A stretch of DNA of 64,000 nt, from assembly GCF_030144855.1 (NCBI RefSeq), contig NC_082731.1:20832001-20896000 (forward strand), written 5' to 3'. Made by a program: the position numbers and the translations under genes. The notes beneath the pieces were generated by a model, which did no database searches, was not told the DNA's origin, and saw only the letters and a program-made list of their open reading frames with translations. The stretch comes from Hypanus sabinus (taxonomy: Eukaryota). Shown one piece after another: positions 63,440 through 64,000 of the stretch; the first letter of the stretch is position 1; each line of letters begins with the position of its first letter.

Positions 63440-64000
63440 AATCACCTGGATATCTGCTTCATGGCTGTTCACTAAAAGGTGAAACATGCGAACATCAAAG
63501 AAATGTACATTTCCGCATTCAATACTGTTATCTGCTCAAAACTAGTCAATTCGTTTCAAGGCCTCATTTCTTCCTTGTAAAACTGGGTGCTCGATTTCCA
63601 CAATCTCCATCAGTACAGTTGCACCACAGCTCTGTGTGCTATTCTGCTATTCCTCCTACGCTACTCACTTTACACTACTGACAATGTGGTTAACATCAGT
63701 TGAACCGCCTTTTTACATTTCCTATCGATATTGTTTGCCGAATCAAGTGTGATAACGATTCAGTAGAGAGGAAGGAGATTGAAATCTATCACAACAATAC
63801 TATCTTATTTAATGTGAATAAGACCAAGGAGCTGAATGTTGATTTCAGTGGAGGAAACTGGAGGTACATGTACAATACTTTATCAGACGAATCAGTGATA
63901 GGGAGGGTCAGCGACATTAACTTTAACACCTCTCGGAAGCAACGTTTCTACTTCCTGAAGTTTACTCAGGTACAATCTGACATGGACACACTCCTACATA
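63440..64000 (+). mobile_element. Ancient Rex1/Babar-type RT remnant, copy 4
   Basis: Collinear with 41470-42350. Confidence 0.7.

Larger units (their letters stand above)
51735..64000. repeat. Cassette copy 4 (cut by window end)
   Basis: Anchor at 51770; ends in the Rex1-like block that precedes the V gene in copies 2 and 3. Confidence 0.9.

Noticed and set aside
1-64000. D, J or C segments
   Set aside because: I found no 12-RSS followed by FGxG and no C1-set exon by manual reading
1-64000. CRISPR array, rRNA or tRNA genes
   Set aside because: Vertebrate sequence with no repeat-spacer array; the tRNA-like heads belong to decayed SINEs

Overview
Eukaryotic, repeat-rich genomic DNA with three short N gaps. 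It is part of a T-cell receptor alpha/delta-type V-segment array, most likely from a cartilaginous fish (inferred from V motifs and the CR1/Penelope/Rex1/V-SINE repeat set; no database search was run). The window holds about four diverged tandem copies of a 16-18 kb cassette (anchor CTGGAAAAT at 181, 16587, 33930, 51770). Three copies each carry one intact minus-strand V gene with a 46-nt leader exon, a ~126-nt intron, an open V exon ending CAMS and a canonical RSS (13733-14245, 29573-30087, 49000-49515). The fourth copy is cut by the window end before its expected V. Main observation: much of the apparently intergenic sequence shared between cassettes looks like heavily decayed V genes. I find up to about 15 distinct fossil V segments, roughly one per kb, in both orientations. 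Several carry the same inactivating lesions in every copy, and one has a VH-like framework 2. A CTCF-like motif lies 620-630 bp upstream of each intact leader. All fossil calls come from manual translation and cross-copy comparison, so their boundaries are approximate (tens of bp) and their confidence is moderate. No D, J or C segments were seen.
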